Shown piece by piece: positions 38,049 through 47,544 of a stretch of DNA of 53,253 nucleotides (the stretch's first letter is position 1; each line of letters begins with the position of its first letter). Origin of the DNA: an uncultured Candidatus Saccharibacteria bacterium (GTDB lineage: Bacteria > Patescibacteriota > JABMPQ01 > JAQVVF01); contig CAZNOH010000001.1 in assembly GCA_964574655.1 (NCBI GenBank), positions 601,020 to 654,272 of the forward strand, read 5' to 3'. Position numbers and translations under genes: made by a program. The notes below the pieces were generated by a model, which worked only from the letters and a program-made list of their open reading frames with translations, had not been told where the DNA came from and ran no database searches.

Positions 38049-38357
38049 TTAACTTTGTTTTTCTAAAATGCTTTTGATTCTTTCAACTTCTTTTTGAACA
38101 ACTTCACTTTCCTGCCCTTCTGTAGATTTGATGCCGATCTTGTGCATTGGTCTGCGCCAATCAAAATGCAGATCAATCATAAAATTATTCTCTTGATCAA
38201 TCTTTGGATATGCATGAAAACGAGGATAATAAGAAGCACCAAGGTGCCTAATAAAACTATTAGTTTTTGATCTTGGATCGCGCCATGGCATATAACCAAT
38301 TTTGCGCATTAGGTTGAGTGGATTCTGAGTAAATTTTGTATTGAATTTAATAATCAT
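38049..38357 (-). CDS. Hypothetical protein (YPRFH motif)
   Basis: MR..GY, SF.R.L....YPRFH.Y and LH.D motifs; resembles a small family common in CPR genomes (from recall). Confidence 0.75.
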   Translation of the reverse strand: MIIKFNTKFTQNPLNLMRKIGYMPWRDPRSKTNSFIRHLGASYYPRFHAYPKIDQENNFMIDLHFDWRRPMHKIGIKSTEGQESEVVQKEVERIKSILEKQS

Positions 38358-38783
38358 TTATTTCTGAGTTTGAGTTTGATTATAAATTTCTCTAGCTGCA
38401 TCCAAAGCTTCTTGTCGAGCTTTTTCTTTGATTGTGTCATCAACATAACCGCCAGTGCTTTTTGTAGGATCTTGTTGAGTTGTGGTATTTTCTGTATTTG
38501 GTGTTGTTTTCTTTGCTTTTTTCTTAGCTGTTTCTTTTGTTGCGTCTGGTTGGTTTGTTGCAGAATTTGTTGCATTTTTTTTGGCAGCTGTATTTTTTTT
38601 CTTCTTTTTCTTGGCAGTTTTTTTGTTGACTTTTGTAAAGCTCTGATAGGTCTTAATAATACTACCTAATGCTGATTGTTCTTTAGTCCCTTTTTTGGCT
38701 TCATAATCAAGCCATAACCCACCCCCAATTAAAATTGCTGCAACCATAAAAATTCTGAATGCTTTTGGAAATAAATCTTTCAT
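38358..38783 (-). CDS. Membrane-anchored Lys/Thr-rich low-complexity protein
   Basis: N-terminal hydrophobic helix, poly-Lys tract, T/N/Q-rich linker. Confidence 0.7.
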   Translation of the reverse strand: MKDLFPKAFRIFMVAAILIGGGLWLDYEAKKGTKEQSALGSIIKTYQSFTKVNKKTAKKKKKKNTAAKKNATNSATNQPDATKETAKKKAKKTTPNTENTTTQQDPTKSTGGYVDDTIKEKARQEALDAAREIYNQTQTQK

Positions 38784-38931
38784 ATTTTTGTTTTATTTTT
38801 ATATATCTTTCTATTAATTTTATAATAGCATATCTTTTATTTTTGGTAAATAACTTGACTTTTTAATTAAAAAGTTATATGCTATATTATCGTACCTTGA
38901 ACAAAGAAACAGCACAGAGGAGGGCAAGTTC

Positions 38932-39456
38932 ATGTGCTCCCCGACCAATGGAAATAGTAAGAACCCTGTGAGCGTTCATGCGATTGAACGCTTCGTGCAG
39001 TGGAGGTTGAGAATCAAAGAGTCAGAACTGTCTTATTTCGGATTTTTTTTGTCGCCAGAAGATATTGTTGATGTCCAGCAAAAGATAGAAATTGTTGCTT
39101 ATGAAAATTATTTTAGAAGGATGATTGAATTAGAAAGATATAACGAAGTGTTGATAGCTTTTGATCGTTTTTATAAGCGAAAGAGATTGCTTTGTTTGTC
39201 TACTGTGGCAATTATCATCTTGGGGCTATTGCACTCGCCCTTAACAGTTGTGTTGCCTGACCAAGCAGAACTATACCTGAAAAGTCTGTACACAACCCGT
39301 CCTCGACTAGAAGCAGATGTGAAATATTATAGAATAGATAATATTATTTTCGTTGCCAGTTCTGCGACAGTGATTACTGGATTTATCCTTGAACCGCATG
39401 ATAGAGAAATCATTGATGCCATTATGTATGGCAAACCGATTCAGCTTTTTTATTAG
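38932..39456 (+). CDS. Orphan hypothetical protein, SD-led; possible RelE/DUF4258-like fold with an insertion
   Basis: GAGGAGG SD; promoter TTGACT-17-TATGCT (38855-38883); terminator at 39470-39495; S.HA.ERF and FV....VIT motifs. Confidence 0.65.
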   Translation: MCSPTNGNSKNPVSVHAIERFVQWRLRIKESELSYFGFFLSPEDIVDVQQKIEIVAYENYFRRMIELERYNEVLIAFDRFYKRKRLLCLSTVAIIILGLLHSPLTVVLPDQAELYLKSLYTTRPRLEADVKYYRIDNIIFVASSATVITGFILEPHDREIIDAIMYGKPIQLFY

Positions 39457-39497
39457 TTTGCACCTTTTGATCCTGTTATTTTGACAGGATTTTTTAA

Positions 39498-39598
39498 TTC
39501 AGAGCTTCGGAAATCAGAGCTTCGGAGCGTGGGAACTTCGGAGCGTCAGACGCAAGATTTTCTGGCGTTCCGAAGATCCGACGGTCTGATGCACTGAA
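39498..39598. repeat. Inverted array of ~8-nt TTCGGAGC-type units (copy 1)
   Basis: ttcagagc ttcggaaa tcagagc ttcggagc ... ttccgaag atccgacg gtctgatg cactgaa. Confidence 0.75.
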
Positions 39599-39622
39599 AT
39601 AAAAAAATCTCCGAAATGGAGA

Positions 39623-40279
39623 TTATAAATGTACAATTATTTCGATTTGGAAAAGATGGGCAATGTTGTTGGCTAATGAAGTTGCTTCTTCGCTAAACTT
39701 TCTGTCCGTCATATCAAGTTTCATTATGTTAGATTCACAATGTAAATTAGCAAAATATTCTTTCTCTTCATTTGATGACGGGGAAAAATAATCAAAGAAT
39801 CTTTGCAAGCGGGTTTTTTTACCAGAATTGTTCACTTTAAAAACATCTATCATGGTTCCATGAGGACCAACTGACTCTCGACATTTCTGTCTTAAGCTTT
39901 CCGAACTTTCAACTTTGTAACCCAGGGATTGCAAATATTTAACTACTTTATAAAAAACTGTCATTTGAAAGTCATCAATATGAACTAGGGGTGACAAAGC
40001 AAGTTGGTTACTAGCATATACAACTAGACAAGATGTCATTTGCCTTTGCAGATTGTGCATGTATTGATCAAGAGCTTGTTGCCTCGCAAATTCAGGAATA
40101 TCTGAAAATTGCTCGGTTGCTGTTTCTTCCAATGATTCTCGATGAGCTCTCAAAAGATGCTGAACTGCTTCTTGCTGACGCTCTGGATGACTTGCTAAAG
40201 AATCAAAAAATGATAATTGATTTTCTTGAATCAATCCTTGCAAAGCTACAACGCGATCTTGAATTTGAAAGTTGGCCAT
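39623..40279 (-). CDS. Orphan hypothetical protein (218 aa), SD-led
   Basis: AAGGAGAGG before ATG; promoter TTGACA-17-TATACT (40320-40348); terminator ATCTCC-N5-GGAGAT-Tn at the stop. Confidence 0.7.
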   Translation of the reverse strand: MANFQIQDRVVALQGLIQENQLSFFDSLASHPERQQEAVQHLLRAHRESLEETATEQFSDIPEFARQQALDQYMHNLQRQMTSCLVVYASNQLALSPLVHIDDFQMTVFYKVVKYLQSLGYKVESSESLRQKCRESVGPHGTMIDVFKVNNSGKKTRLQRFFDYFSPSSNEEKEYFANLHCESNIMKLDMTDRKFSEEATSLANNIAHLFQIEIIVHL

Positions 40280-40358
40280 CTTTCCTCTCCTTTTTTTTCA
40301 GTGTGCGAATGAACAAAATAGTATATGATAAAAATTTAATGCTGTCAATGTTTTATAT

Positions 40359-40521
40359 GGAGCTTCGGATTTTCGGATCTTCGGAACTTTGGAACGACGG
40401 AATTTTGACAACAAAAAAACTGCGATCAAATGCAGATTTTGTTAACTTAAAAATATATGTTTGATTTGCTCGGTCGTTCTGACGTTCTGATTTCCGACGT
40501 TCTGAAGCTCAGAAGTTTCTA
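40359..40521. repeat. Inverted array of ~8-nt TTCGGA-type units (copy 2), with a terminator-like hairpin between the arms
   Basis: gcttcggattttcggatcttcggaactttggaacgacgga ... gttctgacgttctgatttccgacgttctgaagctcagaag. Confidence 0.75.
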
Positions 40522-40524
40522 ATT

Positions 40525-40595
40525 TGGGTCCGAAGAGAATCGAACTCTTATCTATAGCTTAAAAGGCTACAGCTCTACCATTGAGCTACGGACCC
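40525..40595 (-). tRNA. tRNA-Lys(UUU), CCA not encoded
   Basis: Cloverleaf GGGTCCG/CGGACCC, D arm GCTC/GAGC, anticodon arm GTAGC-CTTTTAA-GCTAT, T arm AAGAG-TTCGATT-CTCTT. Confidence 0.95.
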
Positions 40596-40710
40596 AGAAC
40601 AAAGTCTCTGTATTATGTTATTCGTGGCGCTAAAATACGCGATAAGATAATTGTTTATCTTATTTTTTGATTACAGAAACTTTGTTCTGGGCACAGCCCA
40701 TAAGGCTGTG
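40593..40710 (-). other. Long hairpin in the tRNA-Lys precursor leader
   Basis: 20-bp arms at 40593-40612 and 40672-40691 (one G.U on -), plus adjacent hairpin CACAGCC/GGCTGTG; promoter TTGTCA-17-TATCTT at 40757-40785. Confidence 0.6.
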
Positions 40711-40787
40711 ATTCATAAATTTTTAAACAAAAAAGAAATATAAAATTTCTTTAATTAAGATAACACGAAGTTTTTTTAATGACAAGA

Positions 40788-41324
40788 TTATTTCTTCTCT
40801 GCTTCAGGAGTTGTCGGTTCTCTTTGACGAATTAAGTATAATGCGCCCATTGGAGCTAGTATCCACAAAAATCGTCCAATGTCTGATGCAAAGGCAAACC
40901 TGACCATTGATGATAAATAAGTTAAAGCTGTAGGTGGTAAGAATGACAATACGCAACTGATAATAAGACCAACTTGTAAAATACTGAATAAGGCTATGAC
41001 TGGAATACTTGGCTTGCCAACAAAGCCGGTAAGCGCGCCGACTCTGGATAGTAAAAAGAAAATGCCAGCAATGCAACCAAAGAATGCTAAAATTTGAAGA
41101 ACAAAAACAGGTCCTAGCCCAAATTTCATGGACATCTTTTCATTGATAAATGGCAAATTGGTAGTGATGGCCAGAGAGATGTAAACGCTCACTAAAACTG
41201 CTAAAACTCTTTCTCTGCCCAAAGACATTCCATAGATAAGAATGGCTAGGACAAAAAAGATTATTATAAATAAATCCCAAGACGGTAAACTCCAATTTAC
41301 CGCGGCAGCTAAACCTGTTGACAT
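40788..41324 (-). CDS. Multi-pass membrane protein (possibly CvpA-like)
   Basis: About 5 hydrophobic helices; WD.FII...YG...G N-terminus. Confidence 0.7.
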   Translation of the reverse strand: MSTGLAAAVNWSLPSWDLFIIIFFVLAILIYGMSLGRERVLAVLVSVYISLAITTNLPFINEKMSMKFGLGPVFVLQILAFFGCIAGIFFLLSRVGALTGFVGKPSIPVIALFSILQVGLIISCVLSFLPPTALTYLSSMVRFAFASDIGRFLWILAPMGALYLIRQREPTTPEAEKK

Positions 41325-41434
41325 ATTTTTGTTTTTAATTAGTCTTAAACTTTTGTATTTATTATATCAAGAATATCTAATTATGTAAAATAGAAAGTGG
41401 ATAATATTGCGAGAGATGGGAGATGGGAAAAAAT

Positions 41435-42577
41435 CTACTCAAATAGACCATGAAAGAAATTGTGTTTCTTGACTTTAACTGTTTGACCGTTGCTTTTGGC
41501 TAATTCCAATAATAATTCTTTTTCTTTTTTATTGAGCTTTATTGGAGTAATAACTCTGACTGGAATTAACATGTCGCCAGATCCTTGCTGATTTAGATGT
41601 GGAAAACCTTTGCCATCTATAATAAATATTTTTCCAGTTTGAACTCCGGCAGGAACTTTTAATGCAATTTTGCTATTAAGAGTTGGAATTTCTATTTCGG
41701 AGCCGAGAGCTGATTGAGTAAAACTAAGGGGCAATTCATAAATTAGATCATCCTCTTTTCTTTTGAAATATTTATGAGAAGCAACGTGAATTGTGATATA
41801 AAGATTGCCAGGTTCTCCGCCCTTTTGTCCTTCCTCTCCTTTGCCACTAAGTTCTAATGTTTGACCATCTCTAATTCCAGCTGGAATTGTTATTGATATT
41901 TTTTTATAACCTTTGATTTGTCCTTTGCCTTTGCATTTAGAACAATTTTGTTCAAATATCTGACCATTGCCTTGGCATTCCGGACAAGTTGTAGCTTGAG
42001 AAAACATGCCAAACATTGTTTGACGAGCTTGCGTTACTTGTCCGCTGCCTTGGCAGTTTTTGCAAGTATTTATTTTTGTGCCTGGCTCATTGCCCTGACC
42101 ATTGCAATTTGGACATTGAATTTTTTTGTATAATTCAATTTCTTTATCTATGTCAGAGTTTGCTTCTTCAAAATTAATATTTAGATCAATGCTTACATCA
42201 TTGCCAACTACTGCGTTTCTGTTGCCTCTTGCCTTTCTTTTGTCGCCAAAAAAAGATGAGAAAATATCACCCAAATCAAAATCCTCAAGATTTACATTAT
42301 AGTTTTGACCATTGAATCCTCCAAAAGGATTATTGCCATAAGATCCAGCACCTCCTGATTGAGCCTGTTCAAATGTTTGGCCGAACTGATCGTACTGAGA
42401 TTTTTTTTCTTTGTTTGACAAAACTTGGTAAGCTTCATTAGCTTCCTTGAATTTTTCAGCGTTGCCTGTTTTTTTATCAGGATGATATTGATGAGCTTTT
42501 TTATAAAAAGCTTTTTTTATTTCATCTGATGATGAATCTTTGGTAACACCTAGTATGTCGTAATAATCTGCTGGCAT
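41435..42577 (-). CDS. dnaJ: Chaperone DnaJ
   Basis: J-domain HPD motif, G/F region, four CxxCxGxG repeats. Confidence 0.98.
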   Translation of the reverse strand: MPADYYDILGVTKDSSSDEIKKAFYKKAHQYHPDKKTGNAEKFKEANEAYQVLSNKEKKSQYDQFGQTFEQAQSGGAGSYGNNPFGGFNGQNYNVNLEDFDLGDIFSSFFGDKRKARGNRNAVVGNDVSIDLNINFEEANSDIDKEIELYKKIQCPNCNGQGNEPGTKINTCKNCQGSGQVTQARQTMFGMFSQATTCPECQGNGQIFEQNCSKCKGKGQIKGYKKISITIPAGIRDGQTLELSGKGEEGQKGGEPGNLYITIHVASHKYFKRKEDDLIYELPLSFTQSALGSEIEIPTLNSKIALKVPAGVQTGKIFIIDGKGFPHLNQQGSGDMLIPVRVITPIKLNKKEKELLLELAKSNGQTVKVKKHNFFHGLFE

Positions 42578-42603
42578 TGTTTTTTTATAATCAATATAAC
42601 AAG

Positions 42604-42632
42604 GTAGGGATAGAACATTGTTCTGTCCCTAC
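42604..42632. repeat. REP-type palindrome between dnaK and dnaJ
   Basis: GTAGGGATAGAACA-T-TGTTCTGTCCCTAC. Confidence 0.8.
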
Positions 42633-42644
42633 GACAAATCGAAA

Positions 42645-44573
42645 TTATTTTTTTGGTACTTCTTTGTATTCACCTTTGACAGTATTTGGACCTTTTGGAT
42701 CGGCATGAGGAGCACTTTGAGCCGGCTTACCTTGAGCTTGAGAAGCTTGTTGTGCTTTAGCTTGTGCTGCCTCCGCATCTTTGTACATTTTCTGACCAAC
42801 TTTTTGCAATTCGGCAGACAAATCTTCAGTAGCTTTTTTGACAACTGTAGCCTCTGCTGTATCTTTAACTTTTTTTAAAGCTTCAACTTTTTCAGTAATT
42901 AATTTTGATGTTTTTTCATCAACCTTGCCTTTTGCATCTTTTAATGTTTTTTCGGCTGTATAAATCAGAGTCTCAGCACTGTTCTTGATTTCAATTTTTT
43001 CTTTAATCTTTTTATCTTCTTCAGCATGAACTTCAGCATCTTTTTTCATTTTTTCTACTTCTTCATCTGATAAACCTGAAGATGCAGTAATTGTAATTTT
43101 TTGTTCTTTGCCAGTTGCTTTGTCTTTTGCCTTGACATTCAAAATTCCATTGGCATCAATATCAAAAGCAACTTCAATTTGAGGAATGCCTCTTGGAGCT
43201 GGTGGAATGCCATCTAAAATAAATCTGCCTAAAGATTTGTTATCATTTGCCATTTCTCTTTCGCCTTGCAAAACATTGATTTCAACTTGCGGCTGACTGT
43301 CAGCAGCAGTTGAAAAAACTTGTGCTTTTGATGTTGGAACAGTTGTGTTTCGATTAATTAAAGCTGTTCTTATTCCACCTAATGTTTCTAGACCTAATGT
43401 TAATGGAGTAACATCTAATAATAGAATATCTTTAACGTCGCCTTGCAAAACACCAGCTTGAACTGCAGCGCCGATTGCAACAACTTCGTCAGGATTTACA
43501 CCCATGTGTGGTTTCTTGCCAAAGAATTCTTCAACTTTTTTCTGTACCATTGGCATTCTTGTTTGTCCACCAACCATCACAACTTCATTGATATCAGAAA
43601 TGCTTAGTTTTGCATCTTCCAATGCTTTTTTGCATGGTTCAATAGTTTTTTCGACTAAATCGCCAACTAACTCTTCTAGTTTAGCACGAGTGATTTTAAT
43701 ATTTAAGTGTTTTGGACCTGTGCTGTCAGTTGTAATAAATGGTTGATTAACTTCTGTTTCCAAAGCACTTGATAACTCGTGTTTAGCTTTTTCAGCTGAT
43801 TCTCTTAATCGCTGTATAGCCATTTTGTCTTGAGATAAATCAATGCCTTGCTCTTTTTTGAATTCGCTAACCAAATATTCAATAATTCTTTGATCAAAAT
43901 CATCACCACCGAGATGAGTATCGCCATTTGTTGATTTTACTTCAACAGTATCTGAGCCTACTTCCAAAATTGAAATATCAAATGTACCACCGCCTAAATC
44001 ATAAACTGCAATTTTTTCATTCTTTTTCTTATTAAAACCATAAGCTAATGCAGCAGCTGTTGGTTCATTAATAATTCTTTTTACATCTAAACCAGCAATC
44101 TTTCCAGCGTCTTTAGTTGCCTGTCTTTGAGCATCATCAAAATAGGCAGGAACTGTAATGATTGCTTCTTTTATTTCTTCACCTGTTTTTTCTTCAGCAT
44201 CTTTTTTTAATTTCTGCAAAACCATAGCTGAAATTTCTTGAGGAGTATATTCTTTTTCATGCATAACAACTTTAACACCTAAACCTGATTGATTGACTTT
44301 GTAAGGCAAAACTTTCAAATCTTTTTGAACTTCTTCAGAATCAAATTTACGACCGATAAGTCTTTTGACTGAATAAACTGTATTTTCAGAATTTGTAACA
44401 GCTTGTCTTTTTGCTAGCTGTCCGACAATTCTTTCGCCATCTTGTTTTATTGCAACAACTGATGGAGTTGTGCGATTTCCATCTTTGTTTTCTAAAACTT
44501 TTGGCTCGCCACCTTCAATGATGGCCATGCAGGAATTTGTTGTTCCTAGATCAATACCTAGTATCTTAGACAT
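42645..44573 (-). CDS. dnaK: Chaperone DnaK
   Basis: [38 protein letters not shown] and LLLDVTPL motifs. Confidence 0.99.
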   Translation of the reverse strand: MSKILGIDLGTTNSCMAIIEGGEPKVLENKDGNRTTPSVVAIKQDGERIVGQLAKRQAVTNSENTVYSVKRLIGRKFDSEEVQKDLKVLPYKVNQSGLGVKVVMHEKEYTPQEISAMVLQKLKKDAEEKTGEEIKEAIITVPAYFDDAQRQATKDAGKIAGLDVKRIINEPTAAALAYGFNKKKNEKIAVYDLGGGTFDISILEVGSDTVEVKSTNGDTHLGGDDFDQRIIEYLVSEFKKEQGIDLSQDKMAIQRLRESAEKAKHELSSALETEVNQPFITTDSTGPKHLNIKITRAKLEELVGDLVEKTIEPCKKALEDAKLSISDINEVVMVGGQTRMPMVQKKVEEFFGKKPHMGVNPDEVVAIGAAVQAGVLQGDVKDILLLDVTPLTLGLETLGGIRTALINRNTTVPTSKAQVFSTAADSQPQVEINVLQGEREMANDNKSLGRFILDGIPPAPRGIPQIEVAFDIDANGILNVKAKDKATGKEQKITITASSGLSDEEVEKMKKDAEVHAEEDKKIKEKIEIKNSAETLIYTAEKTLKDAKGKVDEKTSKLITEKVEALKKVKDTAEATVVKKATEDLSAELQKVGQKMYKDAEAAQAKAQQASQAQGKPAQSAPHADPKGPNTVKGEYKEVPKK

Positions 44574-44662
44574 AAATTTTTCTCTAATCCTATCTCGAAT
44601 ATTATTGCTCGAATAAATACTCGAATACGGATTAAACTATTTAGATTATTATATTAATTTAG

Positions 44663-45190
44663 CTATTTTTTATTTAATTTCTCTTCTAATTTATCAATCT
44701 CTAATTGGATATCCTCTAATTTGCTATTTTTTTCATTATCTAGTTTTTTATATTCCATATTTATTTCTATTTCTGCAAAATGTTTATTCAAGGGTAGCAA
44801 TCCTCTTTTTTCATGATTATTCATAATTCTATCGTAAACTTCTATTTTTTTATGTTTGTATTCTTCTTCAGTCTCTTTTTTCTTTTTCTTAAATCGTTCA
44901 ATTTGAAACATCATTGTTTTTCGTTTTACTCTCTCATCATAATCATTTTTATACTTTTGTATTATTGTCGGGTGTATATTCTGCTCTATCTTGCCATCAC
45001 CATACAAATTAGCCACTTGTGTTGTATCTGAATCTTTTGTATTAATAATTTGTTTATTGCCTATATTTTTTATATTAATATTCATAATTATTTTGATTAT
45101 TATATAAATCGTGTAGCCATTGAAAATAATGCCTAAGATAATTTCAATAAGAGTTTTGTTATCTTCGATTATATCAATTAATTCTGTCAT
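44663..45190 (-). CDS. Very AT-rich orphan membrane/coiled-coil protein between grpE and dnaK
   Basis: 175-aa ORF with N-terminal Ile-rich TM helix and K/E-rich C-terminus. Confidence 0.6.
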   Translation of the reverse strand: MTELIDIIEDNKTLIEIILGIIFNGYTIYIIIKIIMNINIKNIGNKQIINTKDSDTTQVANLYGDGKIEQNIHPTIIQKYKNDYDERVKRKTMMFQIERFKKKKKETEEEYKHKKIEVYDRIMNNHEKRGLLPLNKHFAEIEINMEYKKLDNEKNSKLEDIQLEIDKLEEKLNKK

Positions 45191-45209
45191 AAATGTATTT
45201 TTAAAAATT

Positions 45210-45686
45210 CTATTTTACCTCAACTTTTGCTGGCCTGATTATTTTGCCGTTAAGTTCATAGCCTCTGCAAAGTTCTTTGCAAACGATTAACTTTTCTTTC
45301 TTGGCATTATCTTCTTTCTTACAATTTACTGCTTCGTGAAATTTTGGATCGAACTCTTTATTTAAGCATTCTGTCGGCTTTACTCCGTTCTTCGCCAAGA
45401 CATCTTCTAACTGTTTCTTGATGAATTTAATGCCTTGCGCCCAAGAATTATTGGCTAACTCTTTTGGCAATACATTATAAGCTGATTGGAAATTATCTAG
45501 GACTGGAATTAATTCTGAAATCAGATTTTCGTTGGCAAATTTTACAAAATCTATTTGCTGGCTGATTGTTTGTTTTTTTAGATTTTGATAATCTGCTTGA
45601 GCACGCTTCCAGCCGTTAAGATATTCGTCGGCTTGCTTTTTTATCTTGTCTAATTCATTATTTTTTTGAATCTTTTTTCTAAACAT
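45210..45686 (-). CDS. grpE: Nucleotide exchange factor GrpE
   Basis: RAQADY.N..K, PV.DN, FDP..HEA and GY.L....IRPA.V motifs. Confidence 0.96.
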   Translation of the reverse strand: MFRKKIQKNNELDKIKKQADEYLNGWKRAQADYQNLKKQTISQQIDFVKFANENLISELIPVLDNFQSAYNVLPKELANNSWAQGIKFIKKQLEDVLAKNGVKPTECLNKEFDPKFHEAVNCKKEDNAKKEKLIVCKELCRGYELNGKIIRPAKVEVK

Positions 45687-45692
45687 AACTTT

Positions 45693-45827
45693 AAAATTTC
45701 TAATTTCTAATTTCTAATTTTTATTAAATTTTTAATTTCTAATTTCTAAACATCGACGACGAAAGAAAGGTTTGAAAATTTATGCATTAGAAATTTAATA
45801 GAAATTAGAAATTTAAAATTAGAAATT
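45693..45827. repeat. Intergenic inverted heptamer array (TTTCTAA type)
   Basis: (aatttct)n ... (agaaatt)n with a tcgacga core; overlaps the hrcA stop. Confidence 0.8.
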
Positions 45828-46571
45828 AGGACTAATTAAATTTATTAAAACTATAATCATCAAACCTGATCCCAAAAACTTCGTAATATGTTCTAACAAC
45901 GAAATATTTTTATCATAATGCATTCTTTTTGGACCGATTATGGCGATAAATCCTTTTTCGCCGGAAGGATATTTTATTTGGGAAACAATCATTGAACAAT
46001 TCTTGATGTGAAGCGGATTTTCTTTGCCGATATAAACTTTAACGGCTTTGTCTTTTGCTTTTTGGCAAAGCATATCAGTTCTTTCATCTAATAAATCAAG
46101 CGCTTCAGCGACACAATAAACTTCATCTGGATTTTTGAATTCTGGCTGTTTTAGCAATTTTGGCATTCCAGCTTCACAAAAATCGTTTGAATTTAAGATT
46201 CCGGAAATGACTAAATTATCGGATAATCTAGATAATATTTTGGCTGTTGATTTAGCTAGTCTATTATATTTTGCTTTAGTCTTGATTAATTCTGTCTGTA
46301 ATTGTCTTTGCTCGCTAACTGTTAATTCTTTTTCACCCATTAAGCTATCTACAAAAAATCGATAACCTTTGTCAGTTGGAGTTCTGCCCGCTGAAGTGTG
46401 AGGTTGAGTCAAAAATCCCATGTCTTCTAATTCTTTCATTTCATTTCTCAAAGTTGCAGATGATAAATCAAAATTATATTTATCAACTAAAACTTTTGAG
46501 CCAACTGGTTCAGCGGTTTGGATGTATTCTTTGATAATCGTTGTTAATATTGTCCTTTGGCGTGAATTCAT
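45819..46571 (-). CDS. hrcA: Heat-inducible transcription repressor HrcA (250 aa)
   Basis: YI.TAEPVGS, SSAT.RNEM..LE..G.L.QPHTSAGR.PT.KGYR.FVD and IGP.RM.Y motifs; true start MNSRQ at 46571. Confidence 0.95.
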   Translation of the reverse strand: MNSRQRTILTTIIKEYIQTAEPVGSKVLVDKYNFDLSSATLRNEMKELEDMGFLTQPHTSAGRTPTDKGYRFFVDSLMGEKELTVSEQRQLQTELIKTKAKYNRLAKSTAKILSRLSDNLVISGILNSNDFCEAGMPKLLKQPEFKNPDEVYCVAEALDLLDERTDMLCQKAKDKAVKVYIGKENPLHIKNCSMIVSQIKYPSGEKGFIAIIGPKRMHYDKNISLLEHITKFLGSGLMIIVLINLISPNF

Positions 46572-46594
46572 GTTTGTATTTATAAATATAGAAT

Positions 46595-46632
46595 CGCGGA
46601 AAAACGCAGAAGCGAACGCGGAAAACGCAGAA
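46595..46632. repeat. CGC(A/G)GA tandem units, same family as 20365-20452 (one arm only)
   Basis: cgcggaaaaacgcagaagcgaacgcggaaaacgcagaa. Confidence 0.6.
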
Positions 46633-46663
46633 ATTTGTGAATTGGCACTTAAAAGTTTTAGTG

Positions 46664-46690
46664 CTAGCACTCTACTTGATTGAGTGCTGA
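46664..46690. promoter_or_regulatory. CIRCE operator (HrcA site)
   Basis: CTAGCACTC-N9-GAGTGCTGA versus consensus TTAGCACTC-N9-GAGTGCTAA; promoter TTGACA-16-TACAAT on - at 46695-46722. Confidence 0.92.
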
Positions 46691-46789
46691 TTATATTGTA
46701 GCAATAAAAAAAAACCTGTCAAGGGTTTTTGGGGATAAGTCTATAAAATTTATATACAAAATATAAATTCAAAAATAAAGCTTAAATTT

Positions 46790-47533
46790 TTATTTTATTC
46801 TCTTTCGCCTCAATCTTTCAACTTGCTGTTTGACTTTTGTCGTTGTAATCAAACGGTATTCAAAATCGACAAAAAAATCTGCTGCTTCATCGGACATTGA
46901 AACAAGCTCTTCAAGAAGTAAATCTCCATTGTGTTTGCTCAAATACATTGCTTGTTTTGTCGGTAATGTCTTAACTCCAATCGTTAACACGTCGTTCGTC
47001 GATGTTCCCTGATGCTTACTCAAAATTTCTGCTTGTCTGTCTGTTATATTTTTTAGTCCGTCTAAAAACAATGAATGTTCGTACTGACTCAAAGATATCA
47101 ATGTCTTTTCTTCTATGCTTCTGATATTCCACAATTCAAGCGCATTTTTCCCTACTCTATTTAGTTTCTCTCTTAGACTCTTTGCAATGTGAGTAGTTAT
47201 ATACGTTAATTCTTCTACGCGATTTAAATTTCCAGATTCAATTTCTTCCCAAATCTCCATATTCATTTTTAAATCCGGAATTTGTCTTGCTTCTTCGACT
47301 GTCATTTCTTCTCCTCCGACCATAACTTTAAGATTTCCTAATTCTTTTTCTAAATCCAAAACTTGTTCAGCTGTAACTGGTCGATCTTGCTGAATTGCTT
47401 CGGCTAATTCGTTTGCCCTACTAACTACATTTTTTAACGCTGGAGTTTTAGCAATTTCAAGTCCTGACTCGCTTGATCTTTTTTCTGGAGTTGAAATATC
47501 TTGCGAAACTGATTGTTCTCTGTTTTTTGGCAT
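46790..47533 (-). CDS. Tandem paralog 3: conserved N-domain plus degenerate LRR-like repeats
   Basis: MPK.REQ.VSQDIS...PVTAE.VL.LE..LGNLKV..GGEEMT..EAR.IPDLK.NM.IWEEI shared; L.L.GL....D..A..L..H.G repeats. Confidence 0.8.
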   Translation of the reverse strand: MPKNREQSVSQDISTPEKRSSESGLEIAKTPALKNVVSRANELAEAIQQDRPVTAEQVLDLEKELGNLKVMVGGEEMTVEEARQIPDLKMNMEIWEEIESGNLNRVEELTYITTHIAKSLREKLNRVGKNALELWNIRSIEEKTLISLSQYEHSLFLDGLKNITDRQAEILSKHQGTSTNDVLTIGVKTLPTKQAMYLSKHNGDLLLEELVSMSDEAADFFVDFEYRLITTTKVKQQVERLRRKRIK

Positions 47534-47544
47534 AGTTAAATATA

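Noticed and set aside
39498..40521. Possible CRISPR array
   Set aside because: Units are about 8 nt, degenerate and inverted, with no unique spacers and no cas genes
46572..46670. N-terminal extension of HrcA in the ORF track; similar extensions at 25734, 35921, 37909 and 53063
   Set aside because: They translate repeats, operators, promoters or SD regions. Downstream ATGs match family starts or SD spacing
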